Source: Cyanidioschyzon merolae (lineage: Eukaryota). From it: a stretch of 64,000 nucleotides of DNA. Location: the NCBI GenBank assembly GCA_000091205.1, contig AP006496.2, one strand, 5' to 3'. The first letter of the stretch is position 1; every line of letters begins with the position of its first letter. Shown piece after piece: positions 52,945-63,689 of this stretch. Both the position numbers and the translations under genes were made by a program. The notes under the pieces are model-generated. The model saw only the letters and a list, made by a program, of their open reading frames with translations. It made no database searches and had not been told where the DNA came from.

Positions 52945-55900
52945 CTAATGGTCGAGCGTGTTCAGTGCCGTGCCTGCCAGCGACGGCGGCAGCGGCTCGC
53001 AATGCTCCAGAACTCGTCGCCATATGGGATTCGAGGTCAATGTGAGTCGATGGCCAGTAATGATGAGGTGATGACTGGCCCGAGTGAGCGCGACGTTCAC
53101 ACGTTCCAGCGAATCCAGTAGTTGTCGACCCTGAGACCGGCAGCTGCAAACCGTCGAGAGCACAATCAGCTTGCGCTCGCCGCCTTGAAAAGCATCGATG
53201 GTGCTGATCTTGACGGATGCCATACTCCAGCGACTGGATTCGATTTTCGCTGCCGATATCCGAGGCCTGTGCCCCAATTCGGCGTTGTCCGAGGCGTTTG
53301 CAAGGTGTTGGATAATGGCGGCTTGGGCCCGATACAAACAGATAACCCCCACTTGTGTGGGTTCCATGGCAGAGCACCGCGCGATTCGCTGGAGAAAACG
53401 CACAATCCATTGCGCTTCCACGCGATTGAAACGACTCTTATCCAGGCTAGCTTCGTCATGACCATCGATTGGCACAAAAGTAACCGGGGCGAGCCTGGGC
53501 ACCGCCGCTGGAAATGCGGTAATCGGGTACGCGCTTCGTACGGCGCCTCCATAGGCGAGCTCGGATGCGATCTGAGCAATCTGGGGATGGCATCTGAACT
53601 GCACAGTGAGATATAGGTTCAGTACATCGGCTCGTTCACCGAGGCGCTTCAACAGCGACCTACTTATGCAGCACTGGTCGGGAACGTCTTCCGAGGACCT
53701 GCCGCTCATCAATGGGGGCAGTTGTCGCTCGTCGCCGGCGATCACGACAAAGACGTGATCGGCGCCGAGTTCTAGAATGGGTGCCAGAGCAAGCGGCTCC
53801 ATGATCTGCGAGGCCTCATCAACGAGAACGACATCGAAGCGGAGTCCGTGCAGAATGGCCTGCGTTGCAGAAGCGCAGGTAACACCGACTACTGATCGAC
53901 TCCGAAACGCTTCTCGACTTGCTTTCTCAACTGTTTCAGAATCCAGTTCTTCAGCTGGTGCTCGTAGATCGAGACATGAGTCGCGTCTTCGCTGCGGACA
54001 TAGCTTCGTCGAGGTTGCATTCCCTGTGAAACAGATCTGCGGGGCGCTGACGAGCTTCATCAGGCCGGTGCGGCATCCACTTCCCGACACGCGTTTCCGC
54101 AGCGCCGACATTGATTGCTCCACCTGCGTGCTGTCTCGAGGAGACGGAAATTCACCGTCCACGGGGGCGACGGTGGGCGCCTCATGCGACATAGCTTGAG
54201 CGATATTCGTTCCAGCAGACGCTGGATGGACCTGCATGGAGTCTCGTCCATTGTCTACTGTCGCTCGACGGAAGCGTTTCTTGAATCCCTTTAGTGTGAA
54301 TTCGCACACACTTGGATGCATTCGCCCTTCGTTACCCGCGCGAGCAAAGTCCTTGAAGCCGCGCTGCAACAGCCCAAGTAGAATATTGTCGACGGCGACA
54401 TTGGTACCAGCAGCAACGAGGATACGAAGCGATGGTTGTTGCTCTAACATTGCCAGGATGCTCTCCACCAAGGTTCGGGTCTTGCCAGTGCCAAACGCTC
54501 CGTGCACGGCAACCAAATGAGGTCGATCAACGCCTCTCGCTTGCGAGTCCTTGCTTCTAATGAGAGCGACGCCGTTCAAACACGCCTGGATGACTTGTTG
54601 TTGTTGTTGTTGTTGTTCCAAGTTCCAAGCGGATGAAACGGTTTCCAACCGCTGGTGCTGCGCAGCGCATGCTGACGCCAGCTCTGTTGGAACGCCACCA
54701 CTGCTAGGACATGGCGAGTCGAGCGAAAAGAGCGTGCGCTGCCGTCCCTCAAGCTGAACAGCGGGATCGGAAGAAGGCTTTGAATCGGAACGTGTACCCG
54801 GTTCGGCACTCGACGGCACAAGTGGAATGTCAGCATTTGCAAATGGTTGCCCGCCGCAACTTTCTAGCGACTTTTGATCCTCATTCCGAAGAGGGACTTG
54901 CTGGAGACAATCATTTTGCGCTTGTGGCTGCTTGGTATTGGTGGTTGCTACCGGAGAACCGACGAGCTGGCGCAAGACATGGAGCCGCCCGAACGGCTCC
55001 TCGTTCAAAAACGCGTCTAAACACAGCAGCTCTGTGGGCAAGCATGCGCAGCACATGACGAGAACGCTACAAGGCTGCTTTCGCCATATACGACGGTTGC
55101 AGCGTCCTAGCGGCTGGACCTCCAAGAGGCCGGATACCGTCGAAACGCCATGGTACAGGGAGCGCACCAACGTAACTCCATCAGCGACTGCGGATGAATG
55201 TTCGCTACGGAAATGCTCCCGCCAAGCTGTGCGCGTTCCGAGGGCCCAGAGCGCGTCACGGTCCAGGCAAGTGGCGAATTCATCGAGTCTGCTCTCGGGT
55301 CGAAAGCGCAGAAAGTACTTCGTACCGGGAACCAGTTGATCGTCCGGCGGTTGTTTGGTTTCGTCATGCAAGCCATGGCGAGTTCGCTGGGCGTTTTTGG
55401 CTGTTCGCGACATCACAGCGAAACTTTCAACGCCATGTCGCACGATGAGAGCAGAACCTTGCCGATGCGGAAGTGCAATATGTGCATATGCAGGCTGTTT
55501 TGAGGAATGGTCCAGAAGTTGCTCGCAGGCGCGTTCCAGAACTTCAGCCTGAGCATCAAGCTGCTTTTGTATCTGTGCAGCAAGCAAAAGGAGCATCTCT
55601 TGACGGTATGCGGGAATCGAGTTCCATGTATTGGTTGTTTGGAGCGATACTTGAGTACTCGAAGACGATCCAGCTGGCTTGCGGCCACCGGGACACAGCT
55701 CGCCAACATCCGCAGTTTCCTTGCGACTCGAAGCGCTCCTGCGCGGGAACGTGAGCGTCAGATCCTGCGCATTCGTGATCTGCCGGCTAGCGCTGCTGCG
55801 ATGTCTCACCGAAACACCGACGCTGTCGATTGCTCCCGAGGAAGGGAGACACGTTGCAAGTCGCGGATGCGACGCGCTGACCCGAAACCGAGGCGGCTCT

Positions 55901-57012
55901 GTAGACGCGTCAGCGTCTTTTGCAAACGCGCTAGGGCCGATACCGCAGCCGCTTACCTGGGGACGTGTAAAACACGAGCCCTGGGGTGCTCCCGCTGTCC
56001 CGGACGCATCGAGCGGGCTATCCTCTGCCAACATGGACAGGAGTTGCTCGTCGCTTAGCTGGACTCGGGGGCAACGCTTCCCATTCTCAATCATGTTTTG
56101 CGGTCCCTGCATTGGTGCCGAGTCCTCATGCGCACTGCCCCCTTTGACCGCACCAACCGACGCACCAGCTTTGTGGTTTGTTGATGACTTTGGCCTTGAA
56201 AACTGCGCCGCGGTTTTCGAAGCCTGCACGCTACGTTCTCGCTGGTCCAGGTCTAGCCCTGTGCTCGACAACGATTGTGCATTGTCGAAGCATGACTGTC
56301 GCCACGCGGGACCTGGAGGCACACGTTCGTATGGTTCCGCGTGCGACTCGCCGGCGCTCCGAGCGCTATTTATTGAATTTGGCAACCGGCCAAGCCTCCG
56401 TAAACCGGTCACCCCGAGAGGTCGACGGGTGCTGTTCGCCGGTCTGACTGTACCTTGAAGCCCCGTCTGTAAGCTTTCACCGTCACTTGACGCTGCACGC
56501 GGTGACAGGCTATCCCGAAGAGCTGGCGGCGCTTGTTTGCAGTCCTCCTCGACTGACTCCACGGGCTCCAGAACCTGCACCAAGATCTGGTTACCGAGCG
56601 AGAAAACCTCGCCGCTAACGTCAATTTTCGTCCTTGGCACCGTCTCGCTGAACACTGTACGTCTCCTTTGATGTGCACGACTCGCACACGCGCTGGAGCT
56701 CGACTCGGGAGACTCGTCCGTAGGCACTGTTTCATCTAACAGCTGCAACCGAACGCGAGCCTCGTTGCCCGGCACCGCACTGCTTTGAAGAATACCGTCC
56801 TTCCAGCGTTTGGACTTGCGATGAACATCGAACGAATAAAGCACAGACCAGCGTTGTGGTCCCGCAGAAGTCAGCCGCGTGGGCATGCACGCGCGGAGCA
56901 GACAAGACAGCAACGCTGCATGCACGCATGCATTCCCGCCATTGCCAGGCGACTGGTGACGTCGTTTCGCTTCGATGCGTGGCGTTGTCCATAAAATGAT
57001 GCAATGTTTCAA
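52945..57012 (-). CDS. Superfamily-1 helicase of the Upf1-like family (AAA_11/AAA_12) with a long low-complexity N-terminal region. The start codon is unresolved.
   Basis: Track start 57012 is TTG. First in-frame ATG at codon 43. Motif I 'GAFGTGKTRTLV', II 'VLVDEASQIMEP', III 'VIAGDERQLPPL', 'VQFRCHPQIAQI', V 'TIDAFQGGERKLIVLSTV', VI 'RVNVALTRASHHLIITG'. Confidence 0.7.
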   Translation of the reverse strand: MKHCIILWTTPRIEAKRRHQSPGNGGNACVHAALLSCLLRACMPTRLTSAGPQRWSVLYSFDVHRKSKRWKDGILQSSAVPGNEARVRLQLLDETVPTDESPESSSSACASRAHQRRRTVFSETVPRTKIDVSGEVFSLGNQILVQVLEPVESVEEDCKQAPPALRDSLSPRAASSDGESLQTGLQGTVRPANSTRRPLGVTGLRRLGRLPNSINSARSAGESHAEPYERVPPGPAWRQSCFDNAQSLSSTGLDLDQRERSVQASKTAAQFSRPKSSTNHKAGASVGAVKGGSAHEDSAPMQGPQNMIENGKRCPRVQLSDEQLLSMLAEDSPLDASGTAGAPQGSCFTRPQVSGCGIGPSAFAKDADASTEPPRFRVSASHPRLATCLPSSGAIDSVGVSVRHRSSASRQITNAQDLTLTFPRRSASSRKETADVGELCPGGRKPAGSSSSTQVSLQTTNTWNSIPAYRQEMLLLLAAQIQKQLDAQAEVLERACEQLLDHSSKQPAYAHIALPHRQGSALIVRHGVESFAVMSRTAKNAQRTRHGLHDETKQPPDDQLVPGTKYFLRFRPESRLDEFATCLDRDALWALGTRTAWREHFRSEHSSAVADGVTLVRSLYHGVSTVSGLLEVQPLGRCNRRIWRKQPCSVLVMCCACLPTELLCLDAFLNEEPFGRLHVLRQLVGSPVATTNTKQPQAQNDCLQQVPLRNEDQKSLESCGGQPFANADIPLVPSSAEPGTRSDSKPSSDPAVQLEGRQRTLFSLDSPCPSSGGVPTELASACAAQHQRLETVSSAWNLEQQQQQQQVIQACLNGVALIRSKDSQARGVDRPHLVAVHGAFGTGKTRTLVESILAMLEQQPSLRILVAAGTNVAVDNILLGLLQRGFKDFARAGNEGRMHPSVCEFTLKGFKKRFRRATVDNGRDSMQVHPASAGTNIAQAMSHEAPTVAPVDGEFPSPRDSTQVEQSMSALRKRVSGSGCRTGLMKLVSAPQICFTGNATSTKLCPQRRRDSCLDLRAPAEELDSETVEKASREAFRSRSVVGVTCASATQAILHGLRFDVVLVDEASQIMEPLALAPILELGADHVFVVIAGDERQLPPLMSGRSSEDVPDQCCISRSLLKRLGERADVLNLYLTVQFRCHPQIAQIASELAYGGAVRSAYPITAFPAAVPRLAPVTFVPIDGHDEASLDKSRFNRVEAQWIVRFLQRIARCSAMEPTQVGVICLYRAQAAIIQHLANASDNAELGHRPRISAAKIESSRWSMASVKISTIDAFQGGERKLIVLSTVCSCRSQGRQLLDSLERVNVALTRASHHLIITGHRLTLTSNPIWRRVLEHCEPLPPSLAGTALNTLDH
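54595..54616. repeat. (TTG)n microsatellite inside helicase CDS (polyQ on the minus strand)
   Basis: ttgttgttgttgttgttgttcc. Confidence 0.7.
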
Positions 57013-58700
57013 AAGTTACATCTTCTATGCGTACGCATGCCCGAGGGGCATACGTGTTCCGTGGAGCAGTGCCCGAGCATGGCGGCGGGTGCTCCATATA
57101 CATGTCCGTAAAACTTGAAATGTTCTACGACCACGACGGGTATGCGTACATTTTTACGCGCTTACGCCTCTTAGCTTTTCTGACCGGCATTCTGCTATCG
57201 GTTTCAGCTTCTCCTTGCACAGTTCGAGCCTGACAGGCTGCCAAGTGAAGCAGGAATTGTGTCAGCTCCTCGGGTCTCGTCTTCAGCACCGCACATCGTA
57301 TGATATTGATGACGGCGTTGAAGTCTCGCTTCACCAACTCCTTGCGTTTATTGCCTCTGGTTGAACTCACCAATGCAAGGATTGCTAGAACTCGTGCTCT
57401 CTGTGCCGTTTGCTGCAGTGTCAGCGCTGCGCTGCCTTCTCTCCATCACGATCTTCTGCAGTGTACATCCCAGCACATCCCTTACATATTTTGATTCTTC
57501 AAATGTACGCACTTCTTTATGCCCGTAGGTAAGGAATTCCCCTGAAAGAGAAGGACTGGTGGCAGAAACAGGTCATGCGCCCTGGTGTGTCACCGTGTGC
57601 TGAACGCATCAGCGATTCGCCCAGTGCAGCGATGTTTACGTTTCACGATGGAAAACATACACTGAATGGGCATGAACCACGGAGTGTACGGCGGAATGAA
57701 AATCAGCACTATCCCCGCCAGAATTTGCAAAAACCCCGAACTTAACGGTAATCTAGAAATGCCACGTGGTCCTTTAGAAGAGCGTCGTCATACGGCATCG
57801 AAAATTCTCCAATGATTCGACAAAGAACGTGCTGTTGTATCAGCCTTGCCTGTGAGCGAAACTGAGGCCGCCAAGTGGATCCGCTCCACCTGGACCAGAC
57901 GATGATTTCCGAGTTCTCCTCACGTTCGATTGTACATACAACGGAACACCCTGCTCCGCGAATACCCGTATACGCTCCAACCGTCTCATCCGATGAAAGT
58001 CTCATCAACTGAAAAAACAAACCGACTTGCCTGTGCTTCATACCGATGGTTGAGTTCTGTGAATTCTGTTGTTGCGGATTCGGCGGAAGCTGTGCTTTCG
58101 TGAACCTGGACTTTATTGCGCCCGGATCCCAGTGTTTTGAGGGTCAAACGAACAATCTGTTGAGAAACAGAGACGCTTGTGGGAACTATTATCGTCGCTC
58201 TTTGCCTTCCGCAAAGAGATCGATCGGTTGTTTTTCTACCGTAGACCGCAAAAAGTCTTTAAAAATATCGGTTTTTGGCACTAAACTCCTTTCTTCTTTC
58301 ACTGTTCCTAAACTATCCGCGTACCGTGGTACGACTGACCTGAAGGAGGAGCGCAGTCCTTCTTCCACTGTCCAGAAAAGAATATATATACTACAAGCGA
58401 TTCGTCTACGATGTATACGATACTTTGCATCGTGATTTCGATAGCCTCCTACGTGCCACACTCTGGGTGAAACAGACTTGCGTTGAAAGATTATGAAAAC
58501 CCATGCAGCCTAGCAGGCAGGTCGGAGTACGTAAATGAATCATATTGTTCCGTTCACAATGCAACGAGTCGCGCAGTCGGCTGCGGGCGGACGAATCGCG
58601 TACCGCGAGCCACGTTGTATGAAGCGGTGTCTGTCTTCGCACTGAAGTCGACGTCGATACTGCTTCTCCGGACGCTCGCTTCAACGCGATCCGGGAGAAG

Positions 58701-59255
58701 ATGCGGCCTCTTACAGAGGACCAGACTCGCCTCGTTTTCGAAAAACTTGCCCGATATATGGGGAAGAATATAAAGCTGCTGTTAGATCGACCCGATGAGG
58801 AGCACTGCTTCCGTTTACACAAGAACCGGGTGTACTACGCGCCGGTACGTCTGATCCGCCAGGCAACTCGCGTGCCGAAGGACGATTTGATTTGTTTCGG
58901 CGTTTGTGTAGGCAAGTTCACGCATTCTGGCAAGTTCCGCGTCGAAGTGACGTTTTTGGACTATCTTGGCAACTATGCACTAGGAAAAGTCTGGCTGAAA
59001 AAGAGTTCCGAAATGAGTTTTCTCTATGGGAACCACGTTGTCAAAGGCGGCGTGGCCCGTTTCACCGAGGGTGCAGTCAAGAACCAAGCTGTGGTCGTGT
59101 ACAACGAGGACGATATTCCTCTTGGTTTCGGGGTCATGGCCCGGTCTGTTGTTGAGTGCGGCATGGCAGGTCCCGAAGACCTTGTTGTTCTGAACCAGGC
59201 GGACCTGGGGATGTATTTGCGCGAAGAGGGGACGCTCTCCGCTGCAGCCTCCTAG
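58701..59255 (+). CDS. NIP7: 60S ribosome subunit biogenesis protein NIP7 (PUA domain), single exon
   Basis: ATG at 58701 verified. 'MRPLTEDQTRLVFEKLARYMGKNIKLLLDRPDEEHCFRLHKNRVYY...FLYGNHVVKGGVARFTE...VVVYNEDDIPLGFGVMARS' is collinear with eukaryotic NIP7 along its full 184-aa length. Confidence 0.9.
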   Translation: MRPLTEDQTRLVFEKLARYMGKNIKLLLDRPDEEHCFRLHKNRVYYAPVRLIRQATRVPKDDLICFGVCVGKFTHSGKFRVEVTFLDYLGNYALGKVWLKKSSEMSFLYGNHVVKGGVARFTEGAVKNQAVVVYNEDDIPLGFGVMARSVVECGMAGPEDLVVLNQADLGMYLREEGTLSAAAS

Positions 59256-60864
59256 AACTGTGACTTCGGCGACTGCACCGCGACTTGCCCGGTGCAGAGT
59301 ACCAATCGGATTGCATTCGGTCTTGGTGAACAGGGGATTGCTGGAGTTACGGCCCGAGGAATTTATGATATACGCTTTGAAGTTGCTAAATAACAGATGG
59401 CGGCGGGAGCATTCGGAGCGGAAACGCATGCACCACATCTGGGGCAAATGATATTTAGGCGATAGAACATGGTATCTTTACAGTCTGCCGCAGCACAGCG
59501 ACCTTGTGTGTCGTACCCTGAGTTCTTTTACACACGCATCACCGTCCCTGAGTAGATTGTGTACGTTCGTTTCCGCAAGCTTGCGAACCAAATGCGGATT
59601 CAAGGCCATGCGAGTAGTTTGTCCCGAATACGTATGGGCGAGGTTTCGGAAACATGATCTTGGTTCCGATGTGGACGCCTATCCCGAAAGGAACGGGATG
59701 TAACCAGCCTTATAAACAGAGCAGTTAATTCTAGAACAGCTGTACCAGCACGCTCTTTCTGTTGGTACATGTCATTCTCGCGGGTATTAAAGAAACAGAT
59801 AGTATCCTCTAGACTAGAGAATCGTCACGGAAATTCGAAAAAAATGTCACTATTTGGGAATGAAATGGCCTCACTTCAATAAATCAGTAATTCTACGCCC
59901 ATCAGCCGGATGAGTCATGTCCCTCGTTGGCAATATGCTGAGCGCCGTGCACCAGAAATAGAACATATCAGACGCTGTCTGCACAACTGTCTCCTGATCG
60001 TTTCATTCTAATCCATGCGATCTCAAAGCAACGCTACCCAAGCATTCATAAGATGCAGAGATTCCGTGCCGCACATGTGAACGGAGATGAAGAGACACCG
60101 ATGGACAAAGAAAAAACAAGCTTCCATGGCAGACCGTGGCGCGTTGAACCGGACACAATCGAATTCGCACTGAAACGCGACCGCATACGATACGAGCTAC
60201 AGCTATTCGTCCCAGTCGATGAGCGTGTACGCGGAAGAAACCCTAGACATGTATAGGAGCATTCAAAGAGTGGTAAAACGCTGCTCGCAGGGAAGGGGTG
60301 ACAGAACATGACGACTTGAGAGTTACGATACCTCGCAGGTCTCACGAAAGTGCAGCAGTAGAAGCTCGCTCTCCCCTGGTCGAGACCTATGTAAACTGTA
60401 GCGGGGAGCAAGTACTGAGAAACTGAAACCGATCGGAATCGGCTGGTCAAAAAAGTCTCGGAGGCGCCTGCGCGTGCGTAGATGTATCCGCCATCGATGG
60501 TTGTGAAACGTTCTCGTTCTGCTGACCATTGAGAATATCGACTGGTACCGGTGAATCACGCCTTGGTCCCTCGCCTTGATCGACTTGACAAAACTGTTCT
60601 GTCTCCGTGCTGCATGCGCGCCGGCACGATCAGCGCACTATCGCGGAGGCTCGCGGCCCACGATGCAACGTAAGAAACAACCAGTCTCGCTGGGGGATCG
60701 TACGGGTACTGGAACTTGGAAGCAGGTGAAACCACGAATGCTTCCTCTGATCGCTGGCATCAAGCGCACAATGGCAGAGATCCCTGGTCTATATGTGTAG
60801 ACGAGCTGTCGAGCACGAGGCATCTGGAGAATGTGTCGAAAAAACACCCGTGATCATCATCATC

Positions 60865-60887
60865 GCCGCCGCCGCCGCCGCCGCCGC
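60865..60887. repeat. (GCC)n microsatellite
   Basis: gccgccgccgccgccgccgccgc, ~45 bp upstream of the peroxiredoxin ORF start. Confidence 0.7.
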
Positions 60888-60931
60888 AGATCTCCAGGCG
60901 CCAGCGGCGAGGTCATGAACGATCAGCAACG

Positions 60932-61717
60932 ATGCACACCGGGTGCCGCCTTAAGCTACAAGAGGACGTGGGAAGCGAAATGAACGCGTTCGTTATTGTA
61001 TCTTTGCGCCTACATAGTGCACTTGCCGTTCGGGTGTCGACGCATACCTGCCAACCACCAGCGTCTACGTTCACTGGAGGTTCGAGTGCGCGCTGGGTTC
61101 AGAGTCTGCGGCGGCCGTTTGCAGCGAATCGTCCGTGCCTTCACGATCCCTCTGCACGTCCAGCGATAGGAGCTACTCGTCGACACCCCACGAGTAGGCG
61201 TGAGTACACGAATACACACATGATGATCAAGGTAGGGGATAAGTTTCCCTCGGGTACGTTTGGGATAATGAAGAATGGCGCTCCTTCAGAGATCACCACA
61301 GATGAGGTCTTCAAGGGTCAGACGGTGGTGATCTGTGGCGTCCCTGGCGCCTTTACGGGCACGTGCAACGCTCGTCACCTACCAGGGTACGTGAACCTGG
61401 CGGACAAGTTCCACGAGCTCGGTGCAAAGGTGGCGTGCCTGGCCACGAACGACGCTTTTGTCATGGATGCGTGGATGAAGATGCGGAACGCCGAGGGCAA
61501 AGTGATTCCACTCAGCGATGGCGACGCTTCGCTTCTGCGTCAAATGGGCCTCACTTTTGACACGGCCAAGTTCGGTGGCGTCCGCGCGGTGCGATTCTCT
61601 ATGATTGTGCAGGACGGTATCGTCAAGGCGTTGAATGTAGAGCAGGGAGGAGCGTTCACCGAGAAAAGCGCTGCGGAAACTGCCTTGGAGCAGTTAAAAG
61701 CTTTAAAGTCGGCATGA
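60932..61717 (+). CDS. Type II peroxiredoxin (PRDX5/AhpE-like) with a ~96-aa N-terminal extension. The mature-like domain starts at nt 61220.
   Basis: ATG at 60932 and ATG-ATG at 61220. 'MMIKVGDKFPSGTF...VVICGVPGAFTGTCNARHLPGYV' (peroxidatic Cys in the PGAFTxxC context typical of Prx5-type). '...DGDASLLRQMGL...VRFSMIVQDGIV' follows downstream. Confidence 0.85.
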   Translation: MHTGCRLKLQEDVGSEMNAFVIVSLRLHSALAVRVSTHTCQPPASTFTGGSSARWVQSLRRPFAANRPCLHDPSARPAIGATRRHPTSRREYTNTHMMIKVGDKFPSGTFGIMKNGAPSEITTDEVFKGQTVVICGVPGAFTGTCNARHLPGYVNLADKFHELGAKVACLATNDAFVMDAWMKMRNAEGKVIPLSDGDASLLRQMGLTFDTAKFGGVRAVRFSMIVQDGIVKALNVEQGGAFTEKSAAETALEQLKALKSA

Positions 61718-62091
61718 GCGGCATGGATACGCCAGGAAGCGACAGCGCGGGCTAGCGTTCCAGCAGAGAGAAATAGGATACGCTAGCGTAGCGCCAGCAC
61801 GAGCGGATGAACCCATGGCAACGGGGGCGGTGCTGGTTGACAATCGGGTGCTGTCGTTCGCAACCCGCTCACATGTTCACCCTTGCGCACGTCCGCGCCC
61901 GCCTCACGAGGCTCCCGCACTTACCGTCTACGCAAGCCACAAAAACATAGAGCGCGCACGTGCAGGCTGGTAATCGGTCGTCGCCCCGGGCGGTGCAACG
62001 CGTCACCGGCCTCCGCGACCGGCGCAGCACTTTCTGCGGAACGCGGCCAGCGTATGTTAGAAGCTACCAGGACTCGCGGCAGGAAAGCTGG

Positions 62092-63399
62092 TTATAAATC
62101 CGCATTCACTTGCAGCTCTCGCCGGCGCACGATCTCGGCTTCCTCTCGTTCCTGCTGAATAGAGCGCACCTTGCGAGACTCTTGGTCGTAATACAGCACG
62201 GTGGGGCGCCTGCCAAATGGACGGATCCAGAGGTCTTCAAGTCCATTCTCGATCTCCCAGGCCTCCTGCATGGTCTTCACCAGCTCACTACGAACATCAA
62301 ATGTGTTCCCAACAGGCTCACGAAATGCCACACGGTACTCGCGATACTCGTTGCAGTCTGGATCCGCGCTCGATTCGGACCCGGATACACGCTTGTCGCG
62401 CAGCTCGGAAGCTCGCCCGTTGCTCGAACTGGAGACGTTTCGCTGCTGGGCTCCGTTCGCAGCACGATCTGGGCGCGACGGCTCCGCGTCTTCTTCACAA
62501 GGACAGAGCCGAACTCGCAGATCGAAACCAAGCCGATCCAGGCTCACGATCGAACAGTCCAGCGGCTCAATATCCAGGAACACCCGGCAGAAACGCAAAA
62601 GTTCCTCTTTGTGTTCGCGATTCAAACGCACGAGAAGCGTTGGGGCGTCTAAAGCAAGCGGGTCAGGTTTTGCGTTGCGGTACTCCTCGACATCGACCCA
62701 GGTGGCGGTCACTCCGAAACCGCCCACATAGTACACATCCTGTACCTCCATCCGGTAGAACCTGAACTCTGGGTAGCTCAGTGCCTGCTCCGCGTGCGGG
62801 AACCGTTCTATATAGCGGTACGCGTACTCCTCGAGTTCGCTGCCCTCGAGCTCATAGAGCTCGCCCACAAGCGTAGCGCGCTGCCCGCCCTGGCCGCTAC
62901 TGTCACGTGGCTGCGCAAAGAGCGAACAGCGCGGGTCATGACGCAGGTTGATCGAGTGTGCTGCGTTCTTCGCGAGGAGAAAGATGGGACGCCCCCACTC
63001 ATCAAGGATGAAGTCAACGTGGGTCCCAAACGGATGTCCACCGTGTTTGAACGACGCCGTACACAGGGTACCCGTCGCGCAGACGTGCAGCACAGTTCGC
63101 GCTCGCTCACCAGTAGAAAGCTGGTGCCGGTTCTCGTGCCACGCTCGCTCGACATTTCGTGTATGAAGCTCCTCAGAGCTGGTACTGCAGCCGACCAAAG
63201 CAGCCGGTCGTCGCAACCCGTTTTCGCGCCGAACTCGAAAGCAATGGCGCACGTTCGCTTCTACCCCGGTACCGCGGCGTCGACCGGGAGCGCATGCAGC
63301 ACGGTCTCGCAAACGCGACTGCAGCCAACAACCACTGAAGCTCTGGCGCAGAAAGCGAGCACCAGGTTGAGCAAGTGCTCCTGTCCATTGAAATGCCAT
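62092..63399 (-). CDS. FMN-binding split-barrel (pyridoxamine-5'-phosphate-oxidase-like) protein with C-terminal DUF2470-like domain (CREG/GluTRBP/HugZ-like fold), with N-terminal extension
   Basis: Track start 63420 is GTG. ATG at 63399. 'ARTVLHVCATGTLCTASFKHGGHPFGTHVDFILDEWGRPIFLLAKNAAHSINLRHDPRCSLFAQP' (split-barrel core). '...CSIVSLDRLGFDLRV' (DUF2470-like). Confidence 0.6.
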   Translation of the reverse strand: MAFQWTGALAQPGARFLRQSFSGCWLQSRLRDRAACAPGRRRGTGVEANVRHCFRVRRENGLRRPAALVGCSTSSEELHTRNVERAWHENRHQLSTGERARTVLHVCATGTLCTASFKHGGHPFGTHVDFILDEWGRPIFLLAKNAAHSINLRHDPRCSLFAQPRDSSGQGGQRATLVGELYELEGSELEEYAYRYIERFPHAEQALSYPEFRFYRMEVQDVYYVGGFGVTATWVDVEEYRNAKPDPLALDAPTLLVRLNREHKEELLRFCRVFLDIEPLDCSIVSLDRLGFDLRVRLCPCEEDAEPSRPDRAANGAQQRNVSSSSNGRASELRDKRVSGSESSADPDCNEYREYRVAFREPVGNTFDVRSELVKTMQEAWEIENGLEDLWIRPFGRRPTVLYYDQESRKVRSIQQEREEAEIVRRRELQVNADL

Positions 63400-63502
63400 G
63401 GTCGTGCACACTCTCGACACTCTTGCGAGACGCCGTACAGGTAAATCGCTCTATGGGAATTAGTGTTGATGCCGGGTGCGCTCTCGCCCGGTATCTCCGG
63501 AC

Positions 63503-63625
63503 GTCGAGCAGGCGATGCAGCGGCGAGCAGGCGATGCAGCGGCGAGCAGGCAATGCAGCGAAGAGCAGGCGATGCAGCGGGCGTGAAGGCAATGCAGCGG
63601 CGTGAAGGCGATGCAGCGATCACCG
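63503..63625. repeat. Minisatellite, ~18-bp unit x ~7 (agcaggcgatgcagcggcg / gaaggcRatgcagcgg variants)
   Basis: 'ggcgatgcagcggcgagcaggcgatgcagcggcgagcaggcaatgcagcgaagagcaggcgatgcagcgggcgtgaaggcaatgcagcggcgtgaaggcgatgcagcg'. Units are contiguous with no unique spacers. Confidence 0.7.
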
Positions 63626-63689
63626 CAGCCGTCTACAAGATGCGCGCGCGCGAGCGACGCTCGACACATCTTTCAACTCAATTTTGTTT

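Noticed and set aside
63503-63625. Tandem repeat considered as a CRISPR array
   Set aside because: Units are only ~18 bp, directly abutting without unique spacers, and there is no cas context. It is a minisatellite.
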